60,000 nt of DNA from NCBI GenBank assembly GCA_038087875.1, contig CM075988.1:15936001-15996000 (forward strand), read 5' to 3'. The notes beneath the pieces were generated by a model, which worked only from the letters and a program-made list of their open reading frames with translations, was not told the DNA's origin and made no database searches. Position numbers and translations under genes: made by a program. Shown here piece after piece: positions 40,068 to 52,670 of this stretch. Source of the DNA: Malacoraja senta (taxonomy: Eukaryota). The stretch's first letter is position 1. The number at the start of each line of letters is the position of its first letter.

Positions 40068-40624
40068 GTAAGTGCGGGGTTGGCATAAAGATCAAACTGC
40101 TGAGTGGATGCAATCATAGGCAGCTTTTTTTTTTCACCTTTTCATGTATATGCCCATTCCTCTTCTGATTCTCTTCCCACAGCCCTTTAAGTCTGTTTAA
40201 AAAATCCTCTGTAGGGAGTTGACACATTTGGAAGTAGGGAAGTTAAAAAAATTTGCAATGTATACGTTTGTTTAGCAGATTACAGACGCACTGTTAATGG
40301 TTGGTATGTCTGGCAGTAGTGGTGCTTGCATGGGTATGGATTAGTCCGTATACATCAGGTGGGTGGAGGGGCACCCACCGAAAATGTTGGAGATGCCTGG
40401 CAAGGTGAGCAGCATCTGCTAAGTGACCTTTCCCAATCAGAAGCATGAACTCTGTTTCTAGACTTTGACCGCTTCCGATGTTTTCTGTTTTCTGGAGTAT
40501 TTTGTTTTAAATCAACTACGGTACGGTCGCTAGCTTTCTCGCATCCTAGCCAGATTATTGTAGTTCAAAATCTATTCCAATTTCTTGGACAAAAAGGTCT
40601 TGGTGGATGTTTAAGTAAATACCG

Positions 40625-40915
40625 AGTGGATGCTGCACTCTGAATATTACCTGTTGGCTGAGAGCCGCTCTGCCCTCTGGTGGTGTAATACACCCCATGA
40701 CACAATATTGAAGAAAGACACACAACTTGTTTCCCAGTGACCTGACAATGTTTATTCAGCATCAGGAAAGCAGATTATCTAATCAATGTCTCATTATATT
40801 TTGTGGGAGCCTGCAGGGTACAAATTGGCTGCCGTACTTTCCAAAACTGCAGCTGTGACTATATTTCAAAAATATTCTGAGATGTTATGAAAGGTGCCAT
40901 ATAAGTCTGTTCTTT
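40625..40915 (+). mobile_element. Degenerate DeuSINE-like (SacSINE1-like) element
   Basis: gctgcact..ctgccctctggtgg..cccatgacac..tgaagaa..tgacaatgtttat..gcagattatc..caaattggctgcc..gaaaggtgccatataag resembles, from memory, the Deu domain plus an L2-type tail. Confidence 0.5.
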
Positions 40916-41274
40916 AATTGCACATAGTAAGGTACAGTTTAAAGACTGGTTATCAAATATTTCTCTTCCTTACCAGGGCTTTGGTCTTGTAGCCAGTTAA
41001 TTAAAGCATAATCCAATTTAAACTACAATCTTTGGTTGCTGAGACCTGCATTCTGCACATGGTATGTCCATGGCCACTTATCCTTACCTCAGATTGAGGG
41101 TGGCAATCCAATTGAGGGAATTGTGCTCTAGAATCCCCAAAAAGTTCAAAATACAATATGTCCTTCACTGGTATTAATACTGTCACTCAAAGCTTGATCT
41201 GCTTTGATCATCAAGCAAGATGTAGGTAGGGAGGGAAGGAAGCACGCACTCTGTCCCCCAGGCATGCTGAAGCT

Positions 41275-41340
41275 CCCAATGGCAAACCATTTTAACTCCC
41301 CTTCTCATTCCCATACTGACCTTTCTGTTCTTGGGTTCTC
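41275..41340 (+). mobile_element. Penelope GIY-YIG fragment, degenerate
   Basis: LPMANHFNSPSHSHTDLSVLG matches LPVAQHFNSPSHSESDLSVLG of the element at 45.7 kb. Confidence 0.7.
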
Positions 41341-42940
41341 CATAATCATGTCTGTGAAAGCTGCCTCACGCTCCCCTTTTTTCCTCCTGCTAACCATTAG
41401 TATGCATCCGCATCCCGTGTATTCCTCCATGGATTCACTTGATCGCAGCTGCCTTTACCTGACCCATGACTTTTTTTCTGACTGACATCTCTCATCATCG
41501 AGGGTTTTCACTTCCAGCCAGTCTTTTGTTTTTTCTAACAATAACATGCAAATCTTGAACTCTCGCTATCTCACTTTTACAATCCTCCCAATTTGTCAGG
41601 TGTCCATTTGCCCACAAACAACTTACTCAATTTCTGTGACCTCTTGTCTGATACCATCAAAATTCTCCGTGCCCCAACTTAGAACATACTCCATGTGGCA
41701 CTGGGAGTATTTCAGAGATTGCGACCCACGAAGCCCTGCTTTTTATTAATTTGCCCAGCACTCTACATTTTCTCTGCAGGTCCTCATTCTTTTTGCTGCC
41801 TGTGTCACTTTCTACCAAAGTGATGTTTCCATCACTTAAATTTATTTTTTAAACAGGCGAATAATCCAAACCAGTGTTTGAAGGGAAACTGAGGCATTCA
41901 TTACTCTTTGCTGAGAGATTCAGTGTAAGAATTGTGCAGAATGCTATACCTTAACTATCTGTGGGGAGAATTTATTAATAGGTTTGATATAGAATTAATA
42001 TAAATGGGTGGTTGATGGTTGGTGTGGACTCAAAGGGCTGAAGGGCCTGTTTCCCCACTATATCTCTCTGACGTTTTTGACTCGCAGTAGTTTCCCAGAA
42101 AAATGCCTGAGGAAAATGTTTTGATCAGACTTACCAATATATATATATCAAAATAAAATCTGTGTATATTGATGCAAACTTCAAGTAACAAGGAATTTTA
42201 TAAGGAAAGTTTCTCACATGCTTCTTTCTCTATCTTTCTGGTTTTTAATGTGTGGTGTGGATGGTGGATAAAACTGCCTATTTTTTTTTCATGTTGCACC
42301 TGGAAATCTTTAAAAATTACCTTAGCCAGTCAGATCTAAATGAACCTCTGATCTGAATGATGGCATCTTTATGAAGTACCACTTCCCAATTTTACACCAG
42401 TGTCGGCTTCAAGCCTTGTGACATGGGCTTTCAATTCTAGAGGCAAGTGAGCTAAATGAGTTGCCTCTGACCATGAAGACAGTACAGTGGCTGGACTTGT
42501 GAAACGTAGGGGGCCGGCAGGTATTATCTAACTTGGTTCTGTTTATCCTGATTTGTTCTACATTCCAGGCAATCATTCACCTGCCAGTAACGGCCATGCA
42601 TGAATTAAACATTCAGCTCTGCCTCCAGCATGCTATCTGATGAATCTGAAACAGCCACAATTTCTTATTAGCAGAGAGGAAAGGGATATGGGTTTGACCG
42701 GCAGGAAATTACTGCATGTTCCCAGTACTGACTTGAGTACTGGATTCAACTGTAGCAATTCAAACCAATCCTGTTCATGCCTTGAAATGCAACCTATTTT
42801 TATTGCCTCAATCAAAAAGGAACAAAAAAAAATAATCGGCACCTTAAGTCTGTTCCATCATTTATTTCGGTCATGACCGATGCCACCGTAACTCCATTCA
42901 CCCAGAAGGTCACAAAGAGCTAGAGTACTGAAGACTGATC

Positions 42941-43070
42941 TGTCTGACGAAGGATCCCGACCCGAGACATTGCCTGACTATGTTCTCCAGGGAAGCTACC
43001 TGACCTGCTTAGTTATGCCGGCATTTTGAGTCCTATTGTGTAAACTAGCTTCTGCAGTTCCTTGTTTCTC
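42941..43070 (+). mobile_element. Penelope-derived short element, degenerate hammerhead
   Basis: tgtCTGACGAaggatcccgacccGAGAcattgcc, followed by the family's 3' tail. Confidence 0.65.
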
Positions 43071-43395
43071 CATTTACTCAGACATTGCTCCAGGTTTCTT
43101 AATACCCTTCTTATCGATCTCAACCTTGAGATCCCTTCACATCTAAACCCGCAATATTCATGGCATGTTTTTGGAGGGAGAGAAAATTGAAGAGTGGAGA
43201 TTTACTTTCTAATCACAATCTAAATTGCCTAATTTTAACTTTAAGGTTAAGTCCCCTCAATCTTGATTGTGCCTGGATAGGGATTTGGTCCCGGGGAGAC
43301 ACAAAAAACCTGCAGACGCTAGAAGCTTGAGCAAAAAACAAAGTGCTGAGGAAGGGATCTGACCTGAAACAACATCTGTCGAATCCCTCCACAAA

Positions 43396-43622
43396 TAGAC
43401 AATAGACAATAGGTGCAGGAGTAGGTCATTCGGCCCTTCGAGCCAGCAACGCCATTCAATGTGATCATGGCTGATCATCCCCAATCAGTACCCCGTTCCT
43501 GCCTTCTCCCCATATCCCCTGACTCCGCTATTTTTAAGAGCCCTATCTAGCTCTCTCTTGAAAGCATCCAGAGAACCTGCCTCCACCACCCTCTGAGGCA
43601 GAGAATTCCACAGACTCACCAC
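43396..43622 (-). mobile_element. CR1 LINE 3' end, young, with (tagacaa)n tail
   Basis: atagacaatagacaataggtgcaggagtagg..gaattccacagactcaccac. Related 3' ends lie at ~24530-24712, ~34852-35050 and ~55620-55760. Confidence 0.8.
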
Positions 43623-44344
43623 ATTTCATCAGAAAAACAACCTTCAGCTAGATTTTATTTTGGATTTGGTGGCACAAAGAGTGAGAAATTGATCGAATGG
43701 AGTTGCCCTTTCTCTCTGATGTCCTGACAATATGGGACTGTGTGAGCTTGTGGTTTCCAGGTCCTGTCGGACTGGACTGCCGTCAGCTGGAGATCCTCCA
43801 GCGAAAACCTGTGACCAAGTTCCCTCCTCTTTATTCACTATGAAACATTGAACTCAATGTACCAGAAAATTTCAAAATAAACATGGGAAAAGGTTATGAG
43901 CGGCAGTCACTCAGGTGGATCTCTGCCAGGTGTCCAAACTACTTGGATCTCCACTGGGCTGAACATGCCTAACTATCTCTCTTACTGAATTCTCCCAAGG
44001 ATCTGCAGATGATAAATCTTCATGTATTGCAAGTCATGAATCTGACTGCTAAGTTTGGAAAACTATAAAAAAAAGTTATTTGAGATCCCAGGCTTCAGTC
44101 CGAGGGGTATGGAGTATCAAAGCAAGTAAGTTCTGTTAATTGATTAGCCTCAGTGGAAATGTGTGAGTTACCTTTAGTGTGACACTTCAGGAAGGGTGTC
44201 AGGAACGATGCCAGGGAGATTGTGGAGATTTATTAGAATGTAACCAGTGACATTAGGTGGAGAGATGAGAGAAGCTGGGGTTCCTACATTACAAGTGATT
44301 ACACTTGAAAAGAACCTCACAGGCTGTAACACCATGAGGTAACC

Positions 44345-44605
44345 TTGTAACTTGGTGCCAAACAACAAGCTCTCCCTCAATGTTAGCAAGACAAAGAAGA
44401 TTGTGATCGACTTCCAGAAGCAAAGCAGTACACACAGCATGTACATAGATGGCGCCGAAGTGGAGATGGTCGAGGGCTTCAAGTTCTTAAGAATAAATAT
44501 CACCAGCAATTTGTCCCTGACCAGCTTCATCGAAGCGATGGTCAAGAAAGCCCGTCAACGCCTCTGCTTTGTTAGAAGGCTTATGAAGTTTGGCAGGTCC
44601 CCAAC
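44345..44605 (+). mobile_element. Rex1/Babar LINE fragment
   Basis: NNKLSLNVSKTKKIVIDF..VEMVEGFKFL..KKARQRLCFVRRLMKFG. Confidence 0.8.
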
Positions 44606-45176
44606 AGGTCAGGCTCTGCACAAATCACAGAATCAAAACTACCTCCATCTAGTTTGTGTCTGTCAGGACCCAAGCATGATCTACAGCTGCTCACAGTATT
44701 CCACACATGGACAGTGTGCTCCATCCATTCTGTTACTATCTGTGTAAAGCACCAGGTTACTGTTGCGGTCAACATGGAATCATTTTGGCAAAAACATTTT
44801 TAAAATGGGTTGTAGCAATTCACTTTTTCTCCATGATGCTGAAAATGTGCATGTTATGTGAAAAGAGGGGGTGGGGATTAGTTGTATAGCTCATATTTGG
44901 CTTACAAGGCTCAATGATTGCCTTCTATGCTGTATGAGTCTGTATTTGTATGGTTTTGAGATGTTTTAAAAAGTGGAGAAAATGTTGAAATTGTGGTGGA
45001 AAATGACCACAGGAGACTTTAAAGGTCAGCTTTTTAAAAAAAACTAAGATTCTAAAACCTTATTGTCTGAAACTTTTGTTCCTTTCACAGTTCATGACTG
45101 CTTCCTGATTTTTGTTTTTCTCTCTAGTATTCAGCAGCTCCAGACTTTGAATTGAAAGAACTTACTTTCATGTAAT

Positions 45177-46116
45177 TAAGGTCCTCATTCTTCAGGGAAC
45201 GGGGGTTCCCCTCCCCTACTATAGATGAGGCTCGTACCAGGGTCTCTTCCATACCCCACAACACTGCTCTCTCTCCCCACCCCCCCCCCCACTCGTAACA
45301 AGGGCAGAGCCCCCCTAGTCCTCACCTTTCACTCCACTAGCCGTCACATACAACAAATAGTTCTCCGTCATTTTCGCCACCTCCAACGTAACCCCACCAC
45401 TCGCCACATCTTCCCATCTCCCCCCCTGTCTGCTTTCAGCAAAGACCGCTCCCTCCGTAACTCCCTGGTCAATTCTTCCCTTCCCTCCTGCACCACCCCC
45501 TCCCCGGGCACTTTCCCTTGCAACCGCAAGATATGCTACACTTTTCGCTTTACCTCCCCCCTCGACTCGATTCAAGGACCCAAGCAGTCGTTCCAGGTGC
45601 GACAGAGGTTCACCTGCATCTCCTCCAACCTCATCTATTGCATCCGCTGCTCTAGATGTCAGCTGATGTACATCGGTGAGACCAAGCACAGGCTTGGCGA
45701 TCGTTTCGCCGAATACCTCCGCTCAGTCTGCATTAACCAACCTGATCTCCCGGTGGCTCAGCACTTCAACTCCCCCTCCCATTCTGAATCCGACCTTTCT
45801 GTCCTGGGCCTCCTCCATGGCCAGAGTGAGCACCACCAGAAATTGGAGGAGCAGCACCTCATATTCCGCTTGGGCAGTTTGCACCCTGGTGGCATAAACA
45901 TTGACTTCTCCAATTTCCGGTAGCCCTTGCTGTCTCCTCCCCTTCTCAGCTCTCCCTCAGCCCTCGGGCTCCTCATCTTCCTTTCTCCTTTCTTCTCCCC
46001 GACCCCCCCCCCCCCACCCTACATCAGTCTGAAGAAGGGTTTAGGCCCGAAACGTTGCCTATTTCCTTTGCTCCATAGATGCTGCTGCACCCGCTGAGTT
46101 TCTCCAGCACTTTTGT
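45177..46116 (+). mobile_element. Penelope-like retroelement, 5'-truncated (RT C-terminus, GIY-YIG endonuclease, 3' UTR), frameshifted near poly-C at ~45280
   Basis: FFRERGFPSPTIDEA (RT thumb end) is followed by CISSNLIYCIRCSRCQLMYIGET..RLGDRFAE..VAQHFNSPSH..LEEQHLIFRLG, stop at 45923. Perfect 15-bp direct repeat TTACTTTCATGTAAT at 45162-45176 and 46117-46131. Confidence 0.93.
46025..46060 (+). ncRNA. Minimal type I hammerhead ribozyme motif in the Penelope 3' end
   Basis: CTGAAGA (46029-46035), extra A, stem II GGGT/ttag/GCCC, GAAA (46049-46052), palindromic ACGT stem III, GTT (NUH) triplet. Stem I is very short. Confidence 0.7.
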
Positions 46117-46752
46117 TTACTTTCATGTAATATGCCCACAGCATGTCACAAAGTTCTGCAAGCAATGATGTGCTTTTATGTTTTGGGTGCTACTACCCAC
46201 TGTAAATATGCCTTCTATAAGCTCTCACAAATCTGCAATCTGATTTGGCGCTCGGGGCACTCGGCGGGCCGGATGATTGCGGGAATATAATTCCACCTGC
46301 AGGCCGGATGATTTCGGGTTACGGACCGCATGTTCAGACCTCTGATGGCACAGAACTCTTGCAGCATTATCCTAACAACAATACAATGCTCCTTCATCAT
46401 TGGGATCAATTTCTGTCATATACTTGATAAAATTTGTTTATTGCATCATAGTACAGTCAGTATTTTAAAAGCACCACTAGAAGCACCCATGTGGAAATTT
46501 TCCTCAATTTTTCTGCCGGTGATAAATATGTACTAAAAATCTTGGAACTTTACTGAGTCAGTTTTGGTCTGTGGAATTTTACAACCAATTGCCTTTCGGC
46601 TTAGAACATGAAAGACACAGATCAAGATACTGAGCACCCACACATACACTTTCCAGATTCCAGAATAACCCGAAAGCATATGCTCGCCTATGGCATACTG
46701 CATGAGAGTTCTTTGGTAAGAGGCTTTTACATAGGCACATGGAATGGAGGGA

Positions 46753-46952
46753 GATACAAAATGCTGGAGTAACTCAGCGGGACAGGCAGCATCTCTGGAG
46801 AGAAAGAATGGGCAACGTTTCGGATCGAGACCCTTCTTCAGATTGAAGAAGGCCCATTTCTTCTCTCCAGAGATGCTGCCTATCCTGCTGAGTTACTCTA
46901 GCATTTTGTGTCTACCTTCGATTTAAACCAGCATCTGCAGTTCCTTCCTACT
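46753..46952. mobile_element. Head-to-head fold-back Penelope-derived element inserted into a CR1 3' tail
   Basis: Near-perfect inverted arms. Minus-strand CTGAAGAagggtctcgatccGAAAcgtt. TSD catggaatggaggga (46738-46752) / catggaatggatgga (46953-46967). Confidence 0.85.
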
Positions 46953-47239
46953 CATGGAATGGATGGATATGGATCATGTGCAAGCAAATACGATTAGTTA
47001 ATCTTGGCATCATGTCCAGCACAGTCATTGTGGGCTGAAGGGCCCATTCCTGTGCTGTACTTTTCCATGTATAATCACTATAATATCAAATTCAAACTTG
47101 TAAATTATTTATGAATATCTGTTATTTTGTGCATGTTATAATCCCTGGTTAGTTTCAAGGCTAACTCGCTGTTGAGTCAAACCAAACAAGTTTTTGCAAT
47201 AGGTTTCACTTCTAAAATATCTGAAAGAAAATACTTGTA

Positions 47240-47856
47240 CAGCAGGTAGATAGGTTGGTCAAAAAGCCTTTCGGCACATTGGCCTTCATCAGAGTATTGA
47301 ATATGGAAGTTGGGAGGTCATGTTGCAGTTATTTAAGACGTTGGTGAGGCTGCATTTAGAGTATTGTGTTCAGTTCTGGGCACCATGTTATAGGAAAAAT
47401 GGTGTTAAGCTGGAAAGGGTTCAGAGAAGATTTACAAGGATGTTACCAGGACTCGAGGGCCTGAGCTATAAGGAGAGGTTGAGCAGGCCAGGACTATTCC
47501 TTGGAGTGCAGGAGGATGAGAGGTGATCTTTTAGGGGTGTACAAAATCATGAGAGGTTAGACGCCCAGAGCAGGGGAATTGAGAACCAGAGGACATAGGT
47601 TAAGGTGAGGGGGAAAGATTTAAAATGAACCTGAGGGACAACTTTTTCACACAAAGGGTGGTGGATATATGGAATGAACTGCCAGAGGAGGTAGTCGTGA
47701 TCGCAACATTTAGAAAAAACACTTAGACAGGTAAATGGATAGGACAGGTTTGGAGGGTATATGGGCCAAACACAGGGAGGTGGGTCTCGTGTAGATGGGA
47801 CGATGGTTGGTGTGGACTAGTTAAGGGCCTGTTTCCATGCTCTGACTATGACTCTC
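47240..47856 (+). mobile_element. CR1 LINE 3' fragment
   Basis: LFKTLVRLHLEYCVQFWAP..LERVQRRFTRMLPGLEGLSYKERL. Tail (gactat)n. Confidence 0.88.
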
Positions 47857-50800
47857 TAAAAACTTGCTGTGTACAATTTCACACTTTACAGTTCAAAAGT
47901 ACTTAATTAGTTGTAAAGCTCTTTGTAACACTGAGGTTATAAAAACACTATTAAAATATGTTTCTTTTAATGATTGGCTTCTAATATTGACAGCTGAACT
48001 TGCTTTTCCTTATTGTTCAAGATCAGCATCTGGTTTGAGGCAGAATCGCCACACCAGTTACTGGTTGAATCTGTCAGTGTGCCAGCCCGACGCACAGGTC
48101 AACAACAATCTCCCACTTTGCCTTAGTTCCTGATCTGTTGCAGAAAGTTGGGTCAAAACTTGTGTTTATTTTCTTGCTTGCTTTATTTGTTTATTCCCTC
48201 CATTTGGTGCTGTCCAAAGAAACACATTCTAGATGAACTGGGTGGGGAATGACTGATGTGTTGTGAAGGGCAATTAAATAGCCATTTGGAGGGTTGCAGC
48301 AAGAGTCCTTCACGCCCCAGGTGCTGTACAGCACATTATGAAGCCAATGCCAAATGGAGACTTTGGGATGTAAGAGTGAGAGGTGGCAGAGTGTCAGTAG
48401 GGGTGTAAACATTTACTGATGTGGAATTGTGCTGACTAAATGGATATGATATTCTTTGATGTGCTTCTCTTTCTATGAAGCTGCTCAGAGTTCAAGGTTC
48501 CTTGTTATTTATTAACCTGCTCTAGTAGAGAATGTTGCAAATTTTGCATTGCCTGCAGGGTTTCAGTAACCTCTTTCCAGATTAATAGGGTCAAAAGCCG
48601 TTGTCAAAGGAGGGAAGGTGAGGAATATTCCTATATATGATGAACTCCTGATCAATATTTACTTCTGTCCATTCAGAATTCTGATGAGGGGAGCTAATAG
48701 GAGAGATTGATATGAATTAGTTCAGGTTAGTATGTTCAGTATATCAGCTAGTATCAGTTTAATATACTCTCTCACCTTTGGATTAAAGCTCTATCCGTGA
48801 TTAGATTTTATCTTTATTCACAAGAGGTGGGTGTTGCTGGCAAGGACACCTTTATCGTCCATTGCACATCATCTCTGATATACAGTATAATAATGAAAGA
48901 ATGTTCAGAAGGTGGATTGTACTTTCAAAGGGCAGTTACTCTTTTTACTGTTACTATTTAGTTTGCTATTGAGGGGCAATGTCCCATCAGACAGACAGAG
49001 GCAAGGGAACATTGATTAGAGAGTGCTACAGTGTCTGAAGAGCTTCATTGAGCAAACACTGCTCTGGAAATCTGTACTCCAGTAAATTAGTACGAGAAGA
49101 CCTTATAACATAGTAAAAGTTGCTACAAAAACAGTTAGCACAGGGATTTTTTTAAAGAAGCTCTGGGTGTTTAAGGAAACTTGTACTCCTATCCAAGATT
49201 ATGTCTTAGGAAATGAAATTGGAAATATTGAGCTCCAACTCAATGCTGAACTTTGACAAGAATACTGTGAACAGGCTTAGGAAAATTCCTAAAATATGTC
49301 CAGCAGTCTCCTTCAAACAGCCTGTCCATACGGATTTGAAGGTGCAGGGATGCTGTTGAATCTAATTTTTGATAATAGAATAGATTCAATAAATATAAGA
49401 GCGCTTTCCTCGAGCTAAGATTTAAGGTGCACATAGAATGAATAATATTATAGTACAAAGCAAGGTCACCAGATTTGAAGAGGACAGATTTTGAGGAATT
49501 GGTGAGCGAGTTAGCAGAAATGAGTTTTCAAGAAAGTTGGATGCCAGGCACTGTAGGTCAACAAGGACTTTTTTTAAACGCAGAATTACACACTAAATAC
49601 CATAACGAAAGGACTTTACTTCAGGGTTCAAAATGCATTGATATATGAAGGTTAGAGAAACAGAACCAGAAAGATTATGATTTCCAATGTACTGCCATCA
49701 AAATGGAATTGATAAGAGAGATATGAGGGAAAGAGTGAAGGAGAGGTGGCAGGCATGTTCTTCAGAAGCCATAGATGACATGAAGGATCATGGGTTCTTT
49801 TTACACTGTGTTATATCATGATTTGACAAAGGAGTCGGGTGGGTGGTGAAAGAAAGCTAGGAGACAAAAGAGGATACCTTATTTTTAAATTAAACTGGAA
49901 TGCAATTCCCTGGGATTAGATCAATTTAAAGCTGCTTGTAAAAGCTCCATGGTTCTTGGTCAATTATGAAGTACTTCTCGTTTGATACCGTGCCCTCCAC
50001 AATGTTTGGGACAAAGACCCATCATTTATTTATTTGCCTCTGTGCTCCACAATTTAAGATTTGTAATAGAAAAAATCATATGTGGTTAAAGTGCGCATTG
50101 TCAGATTTTAATAAAGGCCATTTTTATACATTTTGGTTTCACCATGTAGAAATCACAGCAGTGTTTACACATACACCCCCATTTCAGGGCACCAAAATGT
50201 TTGGGACACATGGCTTCACAGGTGTTTGCAATTGCTCAGGTGTGTTTAATTGCCTCCTTCATGCAGGTATAAGAAAGCTCTCGGCACCTAGTCATTCCTC
50301 CAGTTTTTCCATCACCTTTGGAAAATTGTATTGCTGTTTATCAACATGAGGACCAAAGTTGTGCCAATGAAAGTCAAAGAAGCCATTATGAGACTGAGAA
50401 TCAAGAATAAAACTGTTGGAGACACGAACCAAACCTTACCAAACCAACTGTTTGGAACAACTTTAAGAAGAAAGAGAGCACTGGTGAGCTTACTAATCGC
50501 AAAGGGACTGGCAAGCCAAGGAAGATCTCCACAGCTGATGACAGTAGAATTATCTCTTTAATAAAGAAAAATCTTCAAACACCTGTCCGACAGATCAGAA
50601 ACATTTTTCAGGAGTCAGGTGTGGATTTGTCAATGACCACTATCCGCAGAAGACGTCATGAACAGAAATACAGAGGCTACACTGCAAGATGCAACCCGCT
50701 GGTTAGCCACAAAAATAGAATGGCCAGGTTACAGTTTGCCAAGAAGAACTTAAAAGAGTAACCACAGTTCTGGAAAAAGTTCTTGTGGACAGATGAGACG

Positions 50801-51499
50801 AAGATTAACATATCAGAGTGATGGCAAGAGCAAAGTATGGAGGAGAGAAGGAACTGCCCAAGATCCAAAGCATACCACCTCATCTGTAAAACACAGTGGT
50901 GGGGGTGTTATGGCCTGGGCATGTATGGCTGCTGAAGGTACTGGCTTGTGTATTTTCATTGATGTTACAACTGCTGATGGTAGTAGCATAATGAATTCTG
51001 AAGTGTATAATACCAGGGCTCTCACTAAACTTTTTTTCCCTGTTGCCAGCCGGGCAACCTTGGCAGCTTTTTAGGTTGCCAAATGACAGTTTAGGTGGTC
51101 ATTTAAGACGGTTTGCATGACGCGTGCGATAATGTGCTCGGACGAAGTGCGTAGTTACCAGTCGGAATTATGCTCAATGAAGCATTCACATATTATTTCT
51201 GCTTCAAATAAAGTCACAAACTAAACATATTCATCAATCAAAACATGATGTATACCACAATGCAGCAAAATTATAATACAGTATCTCAACTCTTTTTAGA
51301 CATTGCAATTAATGCAATTTCTATTAGTTCTTTGCACTTCCAAACAAAAATGTGGTTGGATTATTCAGCGTATGATCAACCTGTGTCATGGACCATGGTA
51401 ACATATATGCTTAACTATGTACACTACAGATTGATGCAAGCATGTTTTCTGTGAAGGACCGAACATTACCATGACATGGCCATAGCATGGGTCGTTATT

Positions 51500-52670
51500 C
51501 AAGTCAAGTCACATTTATTTATATAGTACATTTAAAAAACAACTCTCGTTGGCCAAAGTGCTTTACATTTGTTATAAGAATAGTGTAACAAACAAATGAC
51601 ATACATATATACATATAGCCCTCGCTCAGAGGACGTCAAGAAGGGCTTGGGAGTATAGATACATTTTTAGTCTTGACTTAAAGGAGTCGATGGAGGGGGC
51701 AGTTCTGATGGGAAGGGGGATGCTGTTCCACAGTCTAGGAGCTGCAACCGTAAAGGCGCGGTCGCCCCTGAGCTTATGCCTAGACCGCGAGATATTCAGC
51801 AACCCCAAGTCGGCCGATCTGAGGGACCTGGAGGTGGAGTGGTGGGTAAGAAGACTTTTAATGTAGGTGGGGGCAAGCCCATTGAGGGCTTTGTAGACAT
51901 AGAGGAGGATCTTGAGGTATACGGAACCGCACAGGGAGCCAGTGGAGAGGCCAGGATCGGGGTGATGTGGTCCCTTTTTCGGGTGCCCGTCAGGAGTCTC
52001 GCTGCGGCGTTTTGGACCAGTTGCAGGCGGGACAGGGAAGATTGGCTGATGCCAGTGTAAAGGGAGTTGCAGTAATCTTGGCGGGAGGAGATAAATGTGT
52101 GGATGATCTTTTCGAGGTCATCAAAGTGGAGGAATTGTTTTATTTTAGCTATCGTCCGAAGCTGAAAGAAGCTAGCTTTTACCACGGCATTGACTTGTTT
52201 GTCAAATTTCAGTGCTGAGTCAAATATCACGCCAAGGTTTTTGACTTGAGGTTTGAGTAGTGGGGTAAGGCTTCCAAGGCTGCCTGCTATCATTTTGATT
52301 GAGTCCGAGGGGTCGAGAAGGATGACCTCAGACTTACTCTTGTTTAGTTGGAGGAAGTTCTGGGCCATCCAACACTTTATATCCTCGAGGCAGTGGGTAA
52401 GGTTAAGCAGATTTGATTGGTTTTTGGGCTTCAGGGGGGAGATAGAGTTGTGTATCGTCTGCGTAGCAATGGAAGGAAATGCCGTGCCTTTCAATGACTT
52501 GGCCTAAGCGGAGCATATACAGGGAGAAGAGAATGGGGCCAAGGATGGAACCTTGTGGAACCCCACAGCAGAGATTAGCTGGGGAGGAGAAAGAGTTGCC
52601 TATGTTAGTCGAGAAACTCCTACCTTTGAGGTAGGAGATGAACCAGCTCAGGGCAGTGCCATCAATACCA
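51500..52670 (-). mobile_element. L2-clade LINE, 5'-truncated, same family as 4650-5580, nested in the hAT-like element
   Basis: GIDGTALSWF..GVPQGSILGPILFSLYM..HCYADDTQLY, then the same C-terminus with small frameshifting deletions. Tail caagtcaagtc at 51500. Confidence 0.92.

Noticed and set aside
39309..40088. The 259-aa ORF as a single-exon gene
   Set aside because: It starts at a GTG upstream of the splice acceptor and reads through the GTAAGT donor. The supported coding exon is 39369-40067.
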